The notes: a model not told the origin generated them from the letters alone. A stretch of DNA of 63,244 nucleotides, filler included, from Olpidium bornovanus S191 (GCA_017911155.1; 27 parts of 27 records of this genome joined end to end with filler, not necessarily neighbours in it); one strand, 5' to 3'. Positions 22,630 through 35,338 are shown, numbered from the whole stretch's first letter. Translations and numbers: made by a program.

Positions 22630-23806
22630 CTGCTAAATTGCACCTATTCTGCTAGACCTTTCTCTTTTCTTTTTCCATTGCAGCGGTTCGGGCCCCGCCG
22701 CGAAGTCGGCTTTCCTCCTTTATAACGTGTTACATTATAGTGTTTTGTGTGCTTCAGGGGCGGAGAGGGAGCCCGAGGGCGGCAACTTCACGTTTGCAAC
22801 ACAAACGAAACGTTACACGGCGGCACTCGTGAACAACCCCGTGCACGACAGAGCGCGTCGGCGGGCGGCATCGCCGCGCGAGGGTAATTGGGCGCTGGCC
22901 CAATGTTCACCCTGACCGAAATGTTCACCCTAGTCCGCGCGTACCGGCAGGAGGGGAAAAAAGGGCCGGGAAGGTCGGACGGCTGGCGGGATTGTTGGGA
23001 CGCGAACGGTGGCTGGGGCCAGGGGTCCCTTTTATAATGCGGCGAGCGTGGCGCTTGTGCCCGAACGCCGGGGGCACTACCCCTCCTTTGCGGGCGCTCT
23101 TGCGTCAAGCCGCGCGGGTGTACGATTCGACTTCCGAAAGCAGCGCAGGTTCCTCGCGCGGCCGTTACACACGCAAACCCTCGTTGCAACAGTGGGAAAG
23201 TGGGGCGGTACAGTTTGCACGACCGTCAAAACGAGGGTGGTTTACGTGGCGTCGCGGCACAGGGCGGTGCAGTAGCTTTTGCCTCGCCCGGACAAGCCCA
23301 CAGCCCGGACAAGCCGACAGCCCCGCCCCGGTTCAGCGCAGCGCGCACTTTGCCATTCGGGGCGGCCAGGGCCAGGGCGCCGTTCAACCTCGTATTTTCC
23401 CCTTGTTGTTGGTCCAAACCTACCCAACGAATCCCCTCCCGGGGTCAAAGGGCTTATCGTTGTTATCACCGCAACCCGAGGCAGGAGCCGGGGCGGCGCG
23501 GCGGCGGCCCCCGAACTTCCGCTTTGGCAGAACCCCGCCGAGGATGGTGTGCGGACCGAGTCAATAATTCCTGAACCGTTAGGTTATTTCCGAACCGTTC
23601 TTAGGTTAGGGTCTACAGGATTTTCTTTCGCTTTTGGCGTACACACCCGTGACTGCAACAGTCACGCCACGTGACCGTAACTACCAGTCAACCACACGCA
23701 AACACAACCCCGCACTGCTAAAATGCACCTCATTCTGCTAAACCTTACTCTTTTCTTTCTCCATTGCAGCGGTTCGAGTCCGCCGCGAAGTCGGCTTACT
23801 CCTTCA
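22630..23806 (+). mobile_element. Pair of about 90-bp direct repeats (22630-22720, 23715-23806) flanking a degenerate gag-like reading frame
   Basis: The copies align closely (ctgctaaa.tgcacct..ttctgcta.acctt..ctcttttcttt.tccattgcagcggttcg...cgccgcgaagtcggctt). The internal frame GTTPPLRALLRQAARVYD...WRRGTGRCSSFC is gag-like. Confidence 0.55.
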
Positions 23807-24719
23807 TGTATTTTTCGAGTACATTTTGAAAGGTCGTCACGGTACGAGAGTTCGGAAAAGGAGCAAACCAGCCGTCTTGTTTTTTTTTTTAACCGCCGCG
23901 TCTCTCATTCCGGGAGGATGTCCCCCCCCCGTACCCGCCCTCCCTCTTGTGAACTTCTCGGGGCCGAGAAGAAGGCTGAAGTCGAGAGGGAGACGGGCCT
24001 CCTTTCTGTCCCGTCAAAACGGGGCGCTGACGCGTTTTTACTTCCTCCTTCTCCGCCCCTTTTTCAGAGCGGCGGCAACGCGTACGGGGAGGAGGGGTGG
24101 ACCGAGGTGTGGACGGTACCGACTTAAGTACCGTCGAGCCGTTCGCGCGCGCGAACGGATTTCGCGAAAATTGTCCAGAAGAGGCCCTTTGCGGCGTCGA
24201 CTGAAAAAGTTTGTCCCCTCATTACTTCGTTGTGAGGGGGGGGGGGGGGAGGAATAAACCTTGTTCGAGGGCAGACGTGTTTCCGTCGACTCCAAAAAAG
24301 CGAAAACGGGCAGAGGGCGAGCCCCGAACGACGTCCACGGCCACAAACTTGCGCCTGCCGCCTGATTGACAAAGAGCGGGCCGCCGTCGCTTTATCTTCC
24401 CTAGCGGAAGAGAAACTCGTCTCCGAGCGGGGTGTGGGGGGGGGGGGGGGGGGGGGGGGGCGGGGGGGGGGAGCGGGGGGGGGGGGGGGGGGGCAGCAGC
24501 AGCAGGAAGAGGAGGAACACGGCGACGGGTTATTTTCACGTGTGCGCGTTGCCGCCCCTCTCTCTCTCTCCCGTCTGTCTCTCTCTCAGCGTTAAATTTA
24601 TACTCAGCCCGAACGCGCCNNNNNNNNNNNNNNNNNNNNNNNNNNNNNNNNNNNNNNNNNNNNTTAATTAATTAANNNNNNNNNNNNNNNNNNNNNNNNN
24701 NNNNNNNNNNNNNNNNNNN

Positions 24720-25950
24720 TGCCGTAGTCTGCTGGTACTGCAAAGCGCGCATCTCGGTGTCCCAATTGGCTTGACGAGGATCGGACTGCTGACGGCCCAG
24801 AAAGCCAACAACGAACTCAATGCCTGAATGCGTTCCCATGGCCATGAAGAAGAGGCTTATATACTGGCAAGTATCGATGCGCGCGCGGCGGTTAATGGTC
24901 GCGAGCGACATAACCGACGAGGAGAGACTCCACATCTCTCGAGCTGACACGGCATACTTCGCTGCAAGCTCGCGGGTGTATGCTTCCTGATAGATGGGAG
25001 ACACTCCCATTCCGAGTCACGACACTGAGCCCCAGAAGTGACGTCAACGGCCCCGCCGTAGTTTTGAATTTGAAGAACAGTTCTTGTTTGATGTGCCTCA
25101 GCCACGGTCGCGCCCGCGGGCGAACACTATGGGAGATCCCACGTCAGAATCCACGCGGGTTCGAAATCGCGGTCCGCGGTAGTCGGTTCGAATGTGCCAA
25201 AAACCCTCCTTCTTAAGCGCTTTCTCGAGACGCGCAGCCTATGCGCGTCCCGCCTGTCGTAGACTGTAGATTGGGCGTCCGGCAACCGAAACGCATGTCC
25301 GCTTGGCGCTGACAGTTTGGCGAGCGGCCGCAGGTACAATTCTTCCTCCAACTCGCTGTTTAGATATGCGGTCACGACATCGGCGGCCAACATTTTGCGG
25401 TTCTTCTCGACCGCGAGAGCCAAGCAGACCTGCAGCGCAGCCAAGCGCATTACCGGGGCGTCTACATATATAGCTATAATACTAATGCATGATATACGAT
25501 ATATTACAGTGCAAATACAACAGAATAGGACGTTATTACACCAGTAGGTGAGTAATCGCACCACAATCTACAAGTGGTGCAGTACTATGTACACGATTTG
25601 AACTCGAACCTAAATATAAGCTATTTCGGATACATCGCAGTAAGCTATTTCGGATACATCGCAGTGAAGTCAACTCCAGCGAGCTGCGTGAACCCCCGCG
25701 CGACAAGACGTGTTTTGTAATCTTCAAACGAGCCGTCCGCGTTGCGCTGAATTCCATTTACTGCTAATGGCCGAGCAGGCCGCAGGCAGCGGCACCGGCT
25801 CGTGATCCCAGGTTCCGTGCGCGCCCACTTCCTTATCGATGGCCCAGCGCCAAACTCTCGAACCCTGCGCCTCGTCAAACGAGGGAGGTTTCGCCTTCCT
25901 CGACGGACGTGGCGGCCCCGTCACGCTCAAGGCGAAAGCTGGTCTCATCA
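24720..25950 (-). mobile_element. Heavily degenerate Ty1/copia reverse transcriptase remnant
   Basis: PPSFDEA..W..AIDKEV, YKTRLVARGFTQLAGVDF, APVMRLAALQVCLAL..DVVTAYLNSELEEELY and VGFLGRQQSDP..NW, spread over several frames. Confidence 0.85.
25617..25664. repeat. 24-bp tandem duplication at the edge of an AT-rich insertion
   Basis: taagctatttcggatacatcgcag occurs twice in tandem. Confidence 0.9.
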
Positions 25951-28424
25951 CGGTCCGCCATCGTCGTCTCCCGAAATGGCCTCGCCATCCGAAGAAGAAT
26001 GGCTCGACTGTCCGCGCTGCTTTCTGCTTTTGTCAACCTGCTGGATCAGGCGCGCCTTCGCGGTCGGCCGCACCAGACAGACCGGAAGAGGGTTTACTTT
26101 CCGCGCCCTGCCGATCCGTTCTCTGTCCCGACAACGCGCTTCGGGACGGGGTTCGCCCCACGGCACTGACTAAGAAAGGAAAAGCCGGTCGCCAATAAAG
26201 GGCTCGGCCGAGACGAGCGACCAATGAAAAAAGTGGAAAAGGCGTTGCCGGGACAACGGCGGTGACATGCAGTGCGCGGGTCGGGCCGCGAAAGGTAGAG
26301 ACAATAACTTGGGTGCGACACCCGCAAATTCGGCCGCGAAACGCCTCGGGTCAACCCCCCCCCCCCATTCTCCCCCCCTTAACGCGTAGCTCCTCTCTCG
26401 CCAGAGAGCTAAAAAACTTTCCCATCCACACAGATCGCTTCTCTCATCGATCATACTCGGCCCTCCCAGCCGATCAANNNNNNNNNNNNNNNNNNNNNNN
26501 NNNNNNNNNNNNNNNNNNNNNTTAATTAATTAANNNNNNNNNNNNNNNNNNNNNNNNNNNNNNNNNNNNNNNNNNNNCATGCCTACCAACGCGGTGGTCT
26601 CCTACATCGCCGGGAAAGATCGCGAGTTGTGGAGCAGAACCCCTGAATTTTTGGCGACTAAAAAGGAAGGAAAAAAGGGCAGAAGGGAATAGGGGAAAGG
26701 GGATATCGCGTTGCCATAACATTTTGTTTTTGTGGCGGCTGCCGTACCTTTTTTTTTTTTTTTTTTTGCAGCCACGAGGCTGCTTTCTTGGTTTTTTTTT
26801 TTTTGCCGCAATTGCACGCCGGCCAAATACTGGAGCTTCACGCCTAAGAAAACAAGGAGCAAGTGGCGGAACTGGGGATAGGAAAAAGCCCCGCCGTTTG
26901 AAATCGTCGGATTCTGGCTCCTGGGTGAGTCGCCTTTTTTTGCGGACGCTTGAGTGCTTTTTTTGTTTGCGCCAGCCAGTGTACGTTTTCTTTGGCAACC
27001 CGCGTGCCTTTTTTTTTTGCAACGCCGGCGAATCTTATTAATTATGCTTTAACGCCGCGCCCTCCGCAACGCCGCAACCCTGTAAGCGTATAGACACCAA
27101 CAAGAGCGCCCTAGGTACCCGGCTGTACCTGAGGCCAAAAGCGGTTTAAATGTTGGTGCGTAAGGTGCCGTTCGTTTTCGACATGTTATCTTCCGTTTTA
27201 AATGACGATCACTGCCTTATGCCTCAGGTGCGTGCGCATCTGAAGTATCCTCCCGACTTTGCCTCCTCTAATCATAGGCTCTTCCGATACCAAAAAAAAC
27301 AATGTTGAAGCCAACAACCGTTTAGAAACGAGCGCAGAGATACCGACTGCGCTGGGGGACGCTCGACGCCCTGGGATGAGCATCTGGGGATAGGTGTATA
27401 GCTAGGGTAGGGGCAGCATGTATGGGTAGCTGGGTAGACAGAGGGCTTTCGGAAGGAGCCCTGGATGTAAATGTCATGGTCTGAGGGCAGAGGACTACTG
27501 GCCCCACAGATTCCAAGCACCACGCCTCTCGTGGCCGTAGCTGACAGGCCAACAGCAGGCCAAAAGTGAGCCTGGAGGTACATTTCGACGCTCCATCTCA
27601 GTGCTACCCGGCAATTGAACAATCCGAAATATGCTGCCAGTTGATCATGCCATTTGATGGCTTGATGGCTTAACCGGGGACCGGGAGCCGTAACATCGCG
27701 GATCTGATAAAGGCTACGACGGGAACCCATTATGACGTCCACGCTGCTACCAAAGAAAACCTGTAAAATTGCACCAAACGCCGGAATGATGTTTGTTTTC
27801 TCTGTCGCAATTTCCCCGACAATGCGCAAAAAACGAGCCTGGCCAGGATGCCGGAGCTAGAACTTCCACCTGATGTGACAGCCGATGCGGAGAAGTGCAA
27901 GTCTTTGTGCGAACCTGATAACAAGTCATTGGAGGCGGTAGAGGAGCAGAAATGTATGGGACCAATTTTGAAAATGCGAAGTGACCGAGCTGCTGCAACG
28001 GGCCTTCTGACGTCACAACAGTTGCAGTGAAGGCGTGTCACAAAGCAAAAAATTTCACACAAAGGGAAGCCGTTTCCTTGAGGCAAACGTCAAGCGACGA
28101 AAGAATTGGTACGCAGCAGCCAGGGGTCTGCAAGCGGTGCCAACCGGCCGTCGCCGAGGCACGCAAGCCGGCCATCCTCAAGCTGCGGCAACCAGCCGCC
28201 CGCAAGCGAAACCAGCCGGCCGAAGGCTGGGTGAAAGGAGAACGTTACCGTCTTGAAACCTGCAACAATCAGCATCCTCATGCCAAAAGAGTGGATTGCC
28301 CGGATCTGCCAACCGGACGTGTTACGAAGCATGTGCGCCGGCGCGCAGCGCGCCCTTCGAGTTTAAGATCACGCGAACTTGGCAGCCAGGAACACCGTGC
28401 GTGCGTGCTCAGGGTTGTCCCACA

Positions 28425-28470
28425 CGCATGGGACGGACCGCCCGCATGGGACGGACCGCCCGCATGGGAC
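28425..28470. repeat. 18-bp tandem repeat, 2.5 copies
   Basis: cgcatgggacggaccgcc x2 plus a partial copy. Confidence 0.9.
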
Positions 28471-28683
28471 GCCGCACGCTCAGGGCGTGAGCCAACACAA
28501 TGGCGCGCACTCACACCCGCGTGCCCACACACCCGGGCGCACACGCACCGCGCTCACGAGAGGGACCCCGACTACGAGCTGTCNNNNNNNNNNNNNNNNN
28601 NNNNNNNNNNNNNNNNNNNNNNNNNNNTTAATTAATTAANNNNNNNNNNNNNNNNNNNNNNNNNNNNNNNNNNNNNNNNNNNN

Positions 28684-29951
28684 CCATGTCGAAGTGGTGC
28701 ACGTTTTTGAAGTCTTTGATGCGCGGGTTGGAGTAGTCTTGCCCGGGCCAGGTTTCCTGAACCGGCGCGGTAGCGCGGTTGTCGGCGAGTCGATGAATGT
28801 TGTCGTCATACCGGCCGTAGCATAAGTCGAGGCCGCCGACGAAAGCGACGTCCTGATCGACTATGACCATCTTTTCGTGGTGAGCCCAAAACATTGTACC
28901 GCCGGGCGTGTGGTCCGGGTGGCGCTGGACAGTGATGTTCGGGTGGAGCCCGCGTTGCAGCGCGAGTTTGGTGTACTTCGAGGAGATGGGCAGCGCGTAG
29001 GTCACCTCCTTGTACACGAAGATTCGGATCTGGACACCCTCCTGCGCTTTTGCCCGCAGGATACGGTCCAGCCGATATTCGCGGTTCAGCGCAGGCGGCC
29101 GGCGGAGGTACTAGGGGCGTGATCGTCTGCGAAATTCATCTTCTCGCTCGTTCAAAGGCGCCGGGGGGAAAAACCGGCAAGTCAGACGTACGAGTTCCGG
29201 GCTGAGCCACCAGTCCGCAACGTATATCGTCCGTTTCGCAGCCAAGAGGGCCTCGCTGACCGCCCAGAAGTAGTCCTCACCGTCGACAAACCAGCGCACG
29301 AAGGAGTCGTCCCGGACGGGGGCGAAGCTTCCCCAGCGGTGCTCCTTGGACCAAAGGTTCTCCTTCAGTTTTGTAAAATGCTCCTTCCACTCCAGCATGT
29401 TGCGCTCGGAGTCGCACGCAAACTCGAGCTGCTCGGTCCGGCTGCTGACCGTGATGCGGTGGCGGGGGATGGGGTCGTGGTGCTGCTGAATACAGGCCAC
29501 GGCAAAGAAGCGGTCGCACAAGAAAACTTTGTCCGGATGACGAGCGGCGACGTCCCGGCCGACGGCGATGAAGGAGTCACGCACCATCACCCACCGCGGT
29601 TTCCACTTCCGCCGCTGCAGGCCGAGGCAGGGCGAGAGGATTGACGCCCCGATCCTGTGCTGAAGAAGACCCTCCTTGCCTTTGTATCCCATGCCCGGCT
29701 GTATGGAAAACGCCGAAAGCTCCAAGAAGGCCAGCAGTTCGTAACACACTCTCAGGTTAAGGACCTTTAAAAGCTGCAAAAGGTAGTTTTCCAGAGCTTT
29801 TCGGCGCTCGAGTGCAATCCGCCTACGGTGCTCGTCGCGTCTCTCCGCCGACCCAGGGTACGACTTGACGCGGCTCACAGCGTACGCTATGGCCGACGGA
29901 AGGTGGGGCAGTCGCGGCAGGAGACCCTGGAAGTGTCTGAGAGACAGATAA
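28684..29951 (-). CDS. PLD1: Phospholipase D1 (PX-PH-PLD; Spo14/PLD1 type), internal fragment
   Basis: PX end (RRKALENYL), PH ([14 protein letters not shown]), [38 protein letters not shown] motif [28 protein letters not shown] and [14 protein letters not shown]. Intron 29191-29111. Confidence 0.96.
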
Positions 29952-30195
29952 CTGTGCAAGCGGACAAACTCATACATGGCTTTTCAAATGCAGGGCCGCA
30001 TACGGTCTATCAGCAAACGGGCGCAATTGCGCGCGAACACGGGAGTCGGGTTGACAACAGAACGCACTGCGGTGGATGACCCATCGAACGTCTCCNNNNN
30101 NNNNNNNNNNNNNNNNNNNNNNNNNNNNNNNNNNNNNNNTTAATTAATTAANNNNNNNNNNNNNNNNNNNNNNNNNNNNNNNNNNNNNNNNNNNN

Positions 30196-31142
30196 CAAGG
30201 ACGAGTCGTATTTGCGTCGGGTGATCCGGCCGCTGGAAAGCCTTCTGACGAGCTACAAGCGGATTGTGGTCAAGGATAGTGCGGTTAACGCCATATGCTA
30301 CGGTGCCAAGTTCATGATCCCGGGCTTGTTGCGCTACGAATCGGGCATTGAGGTGAACGACGAGGTCATCCTCATGACCACCAAGGGCGAGGCGATCGCT
30401 CTCGCGCTCGCTCAGATGACTACGGCCGTCATGGCCACCTGCGACCACGGTGTCGTTGCCAAGATCAAGCGGGTGATAATGGAGCGCGATACTTACCCCA
30501 GGCGGTGGGGCCTTGGGCCGAAGGCGATTGAGAAGAGTACGTTTTTATGAGTTTGATTAGATTACGGCCGGCTATGTGTAGAACGTTAGAGATTCGTTTG
30601 CCAATGCGCTCGCTCCTGCCTGCGAACAGAGAAACTCATAAAGGATGGTAAGCTGGACAAGTACGGCCGGACCAACGAGCACACCCCCAGCGCGTGGAAG
30701 AAATCATTCGTCGACTACAACAGCGCGGAGGGAGGGAAGGCTGTGGCCCCCGGCGCTGCCGGTGAGCCGGCCGCCGTAACATCCGAGCCTCCCGCACCCA
30801 CGAGAGGGAAGGGAACGGCAACCGGTGCTGCCGGTGAGTTGGCCGCCGTAACACCGGAGCCTCCCGCACCCATGGACGTCGACCTTTCTGCGTCCAAGGG
30901 AACGCCGAAGAAAGAAACGAAGGTGCGTCGACGTCGCCGCGTCGGAAGAATTGTGCCCAGATACCTGACGTTGCGCTTTCCATTTACAGCGGAAGAGGCG
31001 CGCCGATAGCGACAGCGACTCGGAAACGGACAAGAAGCTCAAAAGGAAGTCAAAGAAAACCAAAACCGACGACGAGGAAGGCGGCGACGGAGAAAAGGGG
31101 AAGAGGAAGAAGGAGAAAAAGGAGAAAAAGGAAGAGAAGTGA
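30196..31142 (+). CDS. CBF5: H/ACA RNP pseudouridine synthase Cbf5/dyskerin, C-terminal part
   Basis: [40 protein letters not shown] domain..[18 protein letters not shown] spliced [14 protein letters not shown] exon and a KKE-rich tail end at TGA 31140-31142. Confidence 0.97.
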
Positions 31143-31668
31143 CAAGGCGAAAAAAGATATAGGTGGCGGACGAGAGAGCAAAACGGAACATATTCGTTTG
31201 GTTGTTCAAGACGTATTCCCCCCCCCCCCCGTTCTTCCATTTTTTTTTTCGTGTTCTCAGCACTGTTTGCCCTCCCTTACGTACCGATCCGCGTGCTCTC
31301 TCACCCCCCCCCCCCTTCCCCCTCCCCCATTCTCGCATTTTGCCCCAAAGCCCAAAGCTTTGTATATAGCAACAAGGAAGTTGACCTTCTGCGTTGCAGA
31401 GGTGCGATCAACGAGGAAGTTGACCGGAAGCTTTGCAGAGGTGTGATGGGTTTTGTCGATTTCTGTGAGGGTGTCTCAAATCTCGATCATATAAATATAT
31501 TTTATTTGGCTCTGATTTCGCAAAAATGTGCCATGNNNNNNNNNNNNNNNNNNNNNNNNNNNNNNNNNNNNNNNNNNNNTTAATTAATTAANNNNNNNNN
31601 NNNNNNNNNNNNNNNNNNNNNNNNNNNNNNNNNNNACGCGCGGGCCCCCCCCCCCCCCCCCCCCCCTT

Positions 31669-31702
<34 letters not shown>

Positions 31703-31844
31703 AAGGCTTTGCCCCCTTGCCCGCCCTTCCCCACCCTTCCCTCCCATCATCCCCCGTTTTCCCCGCCGGAAAAAAACACGGCGGGCAGTCGCGATCTAAT
31801 AACACCCCCTACACACACACACACACACACACACTGACAACGCG

Positions 31845-33237
31845 ATGTCCCCGGCACCGCCGTCGGCGTCTGCTCTGTTTGTCTCGATCCTTTTCCTCAT
31901 TTCCTGCGGGTGCGCCCTCTGCGCGGCAGAGTCCTGGCAGCCATACGGGGACAGGCAGCAGGTGGGTTGTAAACAAGATCGACCGGGGAAACAACCCCGG
32001 GGCCCCGGCGCGGACGACGATTCGCTTCCAGACCCCGGCGGCAGAGAGCCGGCCCGGCTTCCGCGGCAACTATTTTCTGACCCACCGGGCGCCGCCGATC
32101 TCTCCCTCTTTCTCTCTCCGTCTCTCTTTCACTTTCTCTCTCTCGGTGTCGGGAAAAAAAAAATACAGGTTATCAGCGTCGTCGAGTTCGGCTTCCTGGC
32201 AAACGGCCAGCTTCATTTCCAGGTCGGCGATGTGGCGATCGGCAAGTCCAATGACACCGGCGTCGCGTCGCTTCCGGACCCTTCGACGATTGCCACGGGC
32301 ACTGTTGACACCGCCATGCACCGCGGTTCTGATGAGGACGGGAGCGACAACCAGCAGGTCTGGCGGAAGCTTCGGGTTACGCGCGACCCGCGCTCCGGGC
32401 GCCCGCAGGAACTTCCCCGCCACGCAAGCTGATAAGGTTGCCCCTCCCGCGTCAGCTGCGTCTCCGGGACGTTCAGAACCTGCTGGTCTTCCTCGTCACG
32501 CGCTTGTCGTGGAAACTGGTAGGCCCTTTCGCTCTTCCCCACTCTCCCCGTCCTTACCCCTCCCCCACCCTTGGGACGGCGGGAGTCATTGCCAAGGAGT
32601 TTACCGGCAAGCCTCAAAAAAAAAAAAACACGCACCGTTTTCCGCTGTTTGGGCGCTGACCCACCCCAAGTTCCTGGAAACGGTCAGCTCGTTTGGGGCG
32701 GGCGGTAACGAGTTCTGCTCGTCCGTCCCGCTGCTGACATACGAGTTTTTCACGACGTTCGACGCGCTCGTCGAAGACAAGTCGAGGATCGACGAGCTCG
32801 CGATGCCACTCGGAAGCGCGTCCCCGGGGTTGACGCTGGTCGTGACCGTGCCGAACGAATACAGGCTGCTCGTGTTCAACTGCGTCGGCGGCGAAGTCGT
32901 CCTCTCGGTGGGGGAGAGGAGGGGGGGGGGGGGGGGGGGGGGGGGGGAACAGGGGTCTCGCCTGGGTTGGCAGCGAAACGCGCAACGGCGCGCACACAGC
33001 AGGACTTGCCGGGAAAGGGGGAGGGATACGGGGGCGTTGCCGGCCTCCGCCCCATTCATCGTTGTTCTCTCCTGGTGCGCAGATCAACGCGACCGCCCTC
33101 AACGTTCTCCCGGACGGACGGACAACCTACCTCGACAGAGGAAGCATTCCCCTTCCGCTTATTTACACAGTCTTTGCCGGAATTATCTACCCCGTCGGCG
33201 TCGTGCTGTACCTAAAGAATTGGTTCGCGCACCGTGA
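31845..33237 (+). CDS. GOST-family (GPR107/GPR108/PTM1-like, lung 7TM) membrane protein, N-terminal part, 3' truncated
   Basis: Signal peptide MSPAPPSASALFVSILFLISCGCALCAA, DRQQ|VISVVEFGFLANGQL, EYRLLVFNC and YLDRGSIPLPLIYTVFAGIIY, which precedes TM1 in this family. Confidence 0.75.
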
Positions 33238-33994
33238 CGTAAGCCCACGATGCGGTTTTATTTGTATCACAAATGTTCCGGTTGTGCTTTCACGTTCGCT
33301 CATCTCCCTCCCTCCCCACGCATCCNNNNNNNNNNNNNNNNNNNNNNNNNNNNNNNNNNNNNNNNNNNNTTAATTAATTAANNNNNNNNNNNNNNNNNNN
33401 NNNNNNNNNNNNNNNNNNNNNNNNNGGGCGGCCACCCCCCCCCCCCCCCCCCCGGGCCTTTTTTTTTTTTTTTTTTTCCCCTTTTTTTGGCCCCCCCCCC
33501 CCCCCCTCCCTCCCTCCCTCCCAGTTTCCCGGCAGCGCCACGCTGCCCCGCACGAGGTTGCCCGCCCGCCGCGCGCCCGCTTCAAAAGATCTCCGCGGAG
33601 TTGCTAGAAATACAGGTTATAGATTTTATACTCGGAAATCGTTAAGCGCCCGCGTCTTTTCTGCGGCCGCTTTTTTTTGTGTCGCGCCCGATAAGGGCTC
33701 TGAAGGTTGCGAGGCGCGCGCACGGGACGAGGTTTGCGCGGTGGAACCGAGCTGGCGGGACGAATTGGTGGATCGGCGGGGCGGGACGGCGGCGGGGGGA
33801 GATTTAAACCGAGAGAGGCCTTTTTTTTCTTTCCGTTTTTGTTTTTTTTTCTTTTCTTTTCGCCTTCGGCGGCGCCCGGCGGTCCAGCGTTTAGTTCTGG
33901 ACGTCCGGGATAAACAGCGGCTCGCCTCGCCTTTCTCGCCGGGGCGCACCGACGACTTTTGATGCGGTCCCGGCGGCGACTTACAGCGCGCGCC

Positions 33995-35338
33995 CTACGC
34001 CCTCGCCGCGTACGCCTCCTCTTCCGAAATCACTTGGTCAGAGCAAAATCACACCCGGTCGGTCAACCTGCCAATCGCCCGCGGAACCGAAATGGGACAA
34101 CGCCGCCGCAGGACTGGATAGGAGCGGGGGAGATGGGGTTCCGGTCGCTCACCGAGTTGCACAATGAGTAGAGCGTACGTCCGTCCTCGCTCCTGCCCGA
34201 AAGTCCCGCAGAGCTTGCGGACGGCGGCTCGCGCGGGCACCTTGGTGCTGAGCCGGAGCGACTTCACGAACCGGTAGTACGACGCTTGGAAGGCCTCGAA
34301 GCCGACCTTTTCCTGTCCGGCCGGGGGAAAAAAAGGAAAACACGTGGAGTTTCACCGCCGGCGCGGCTCGACCCCGTTTGACACCCCGCCAAAAACACGT
34401 TCCCCCCGGAACGCGAAAACGCTGAAAAATCTCCCGCCCTCCCTCCAAAAAAAAAAAAAAGCGACCGCCGCCCACCTCCAGCAGTTTCCGCAAGCTCTCA
34501 ATAATGGAGAACACCGAATCTCGCGGAGACAGTCCGGAGATCTCCAGGGTCTCGTCCCCGAAGCGGATACCGGGACCGCGGGCGGCGGGGCGGTCGGCGC
34601 CGTCTGGTTCCCGGCTCGCCTCTTGCCGATCGGGCTTTGAGCGGCGGTCTTCTGCGCGCGCGCAAATTAGAATACGAAGCTGGCAAAAGGAGACTACGAA
34701 GCTGGCAAAAAAGGAGAGAAAAAAGGGGGAAAAGGCAAAAACCCAAAAACAAAAACAAACGAAGCCACCGGCAACGAGCGACGAGAGGAGGAAAGCCGAG
34801 GGCCGCAAAAAAAAAAAAGCAAAAAAGCACAAGAACGCGGAGCGTGCGCTTACCGCACTCCTCATCGTCCCGGCCGCTTCCGCCGGATCGAAGAGGCGCG
34901 CCGCCGCGGGCAGTTCCGGTCGCTTCCGGCGGCGCCCCGCGGTCGCACGCTGCTTTCGGAAGATGCCTGGGCCGCCTTTTCGTCCAAACCGCGTCCCCGC
35001 GCACGGCTCGACGCGCCTCTTCCTCGAGGTCCGCCGGGAGCCTCAGCGGCCTGAACACCTCTTTCCCCTCCGGCGCGATCCGCGCCGGGGCTCCGGCGAC
35101 CGACGAGCCCGCGTCTTTCCGCGCGGCCGCGGAGCCGGCTCGACGCCCGCCATCGCGATCGGCGCCGGGCCGCGGGGTTCCGCCGCTCGCCTGCCGACTC
35201 TCCGTCTGACGCTCTCCGCCCGACGACGGCGAAGCCCGAACGTGCGGAAGCTTCAGAAGGTTCCCGGCGTCCGGCCTTTCCCGTGGATTGCGCCGCAACA
35301 TGACGGTAACCGTCCGCCAGAAATCCGGCATGTCCGAC
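33995..35338 (-). CDS. NIMA-related (NEK1/3/5/11-like) kinase: end of catalytic domain, linker and C-terminal helical domain, 5' truncated
   Basis: TVTVMLRRNPRERPDAGNLLKLPHV (kinase subdomain XI). The spliced C-terminus RDSVFSIIESLRKLLE|EKVGFEAFQASYYRF..YALLIVQL|VISEEEAY parallels the NEK1-type tail. Confidence 0.75.

Noticed and set aside
23576-23612. TTAGG/TTAGGG units suggesting an interstitial telomere
   Set aside because: Only 2-3 imperfect units, part of a short local duplication.
23765-23800. tRNA gene at GGTTCGAGTCC
   Set aside because: Only a T-arm-like piece; no A-box, D-arm, anticodon arm or acceptor stem could be folded.
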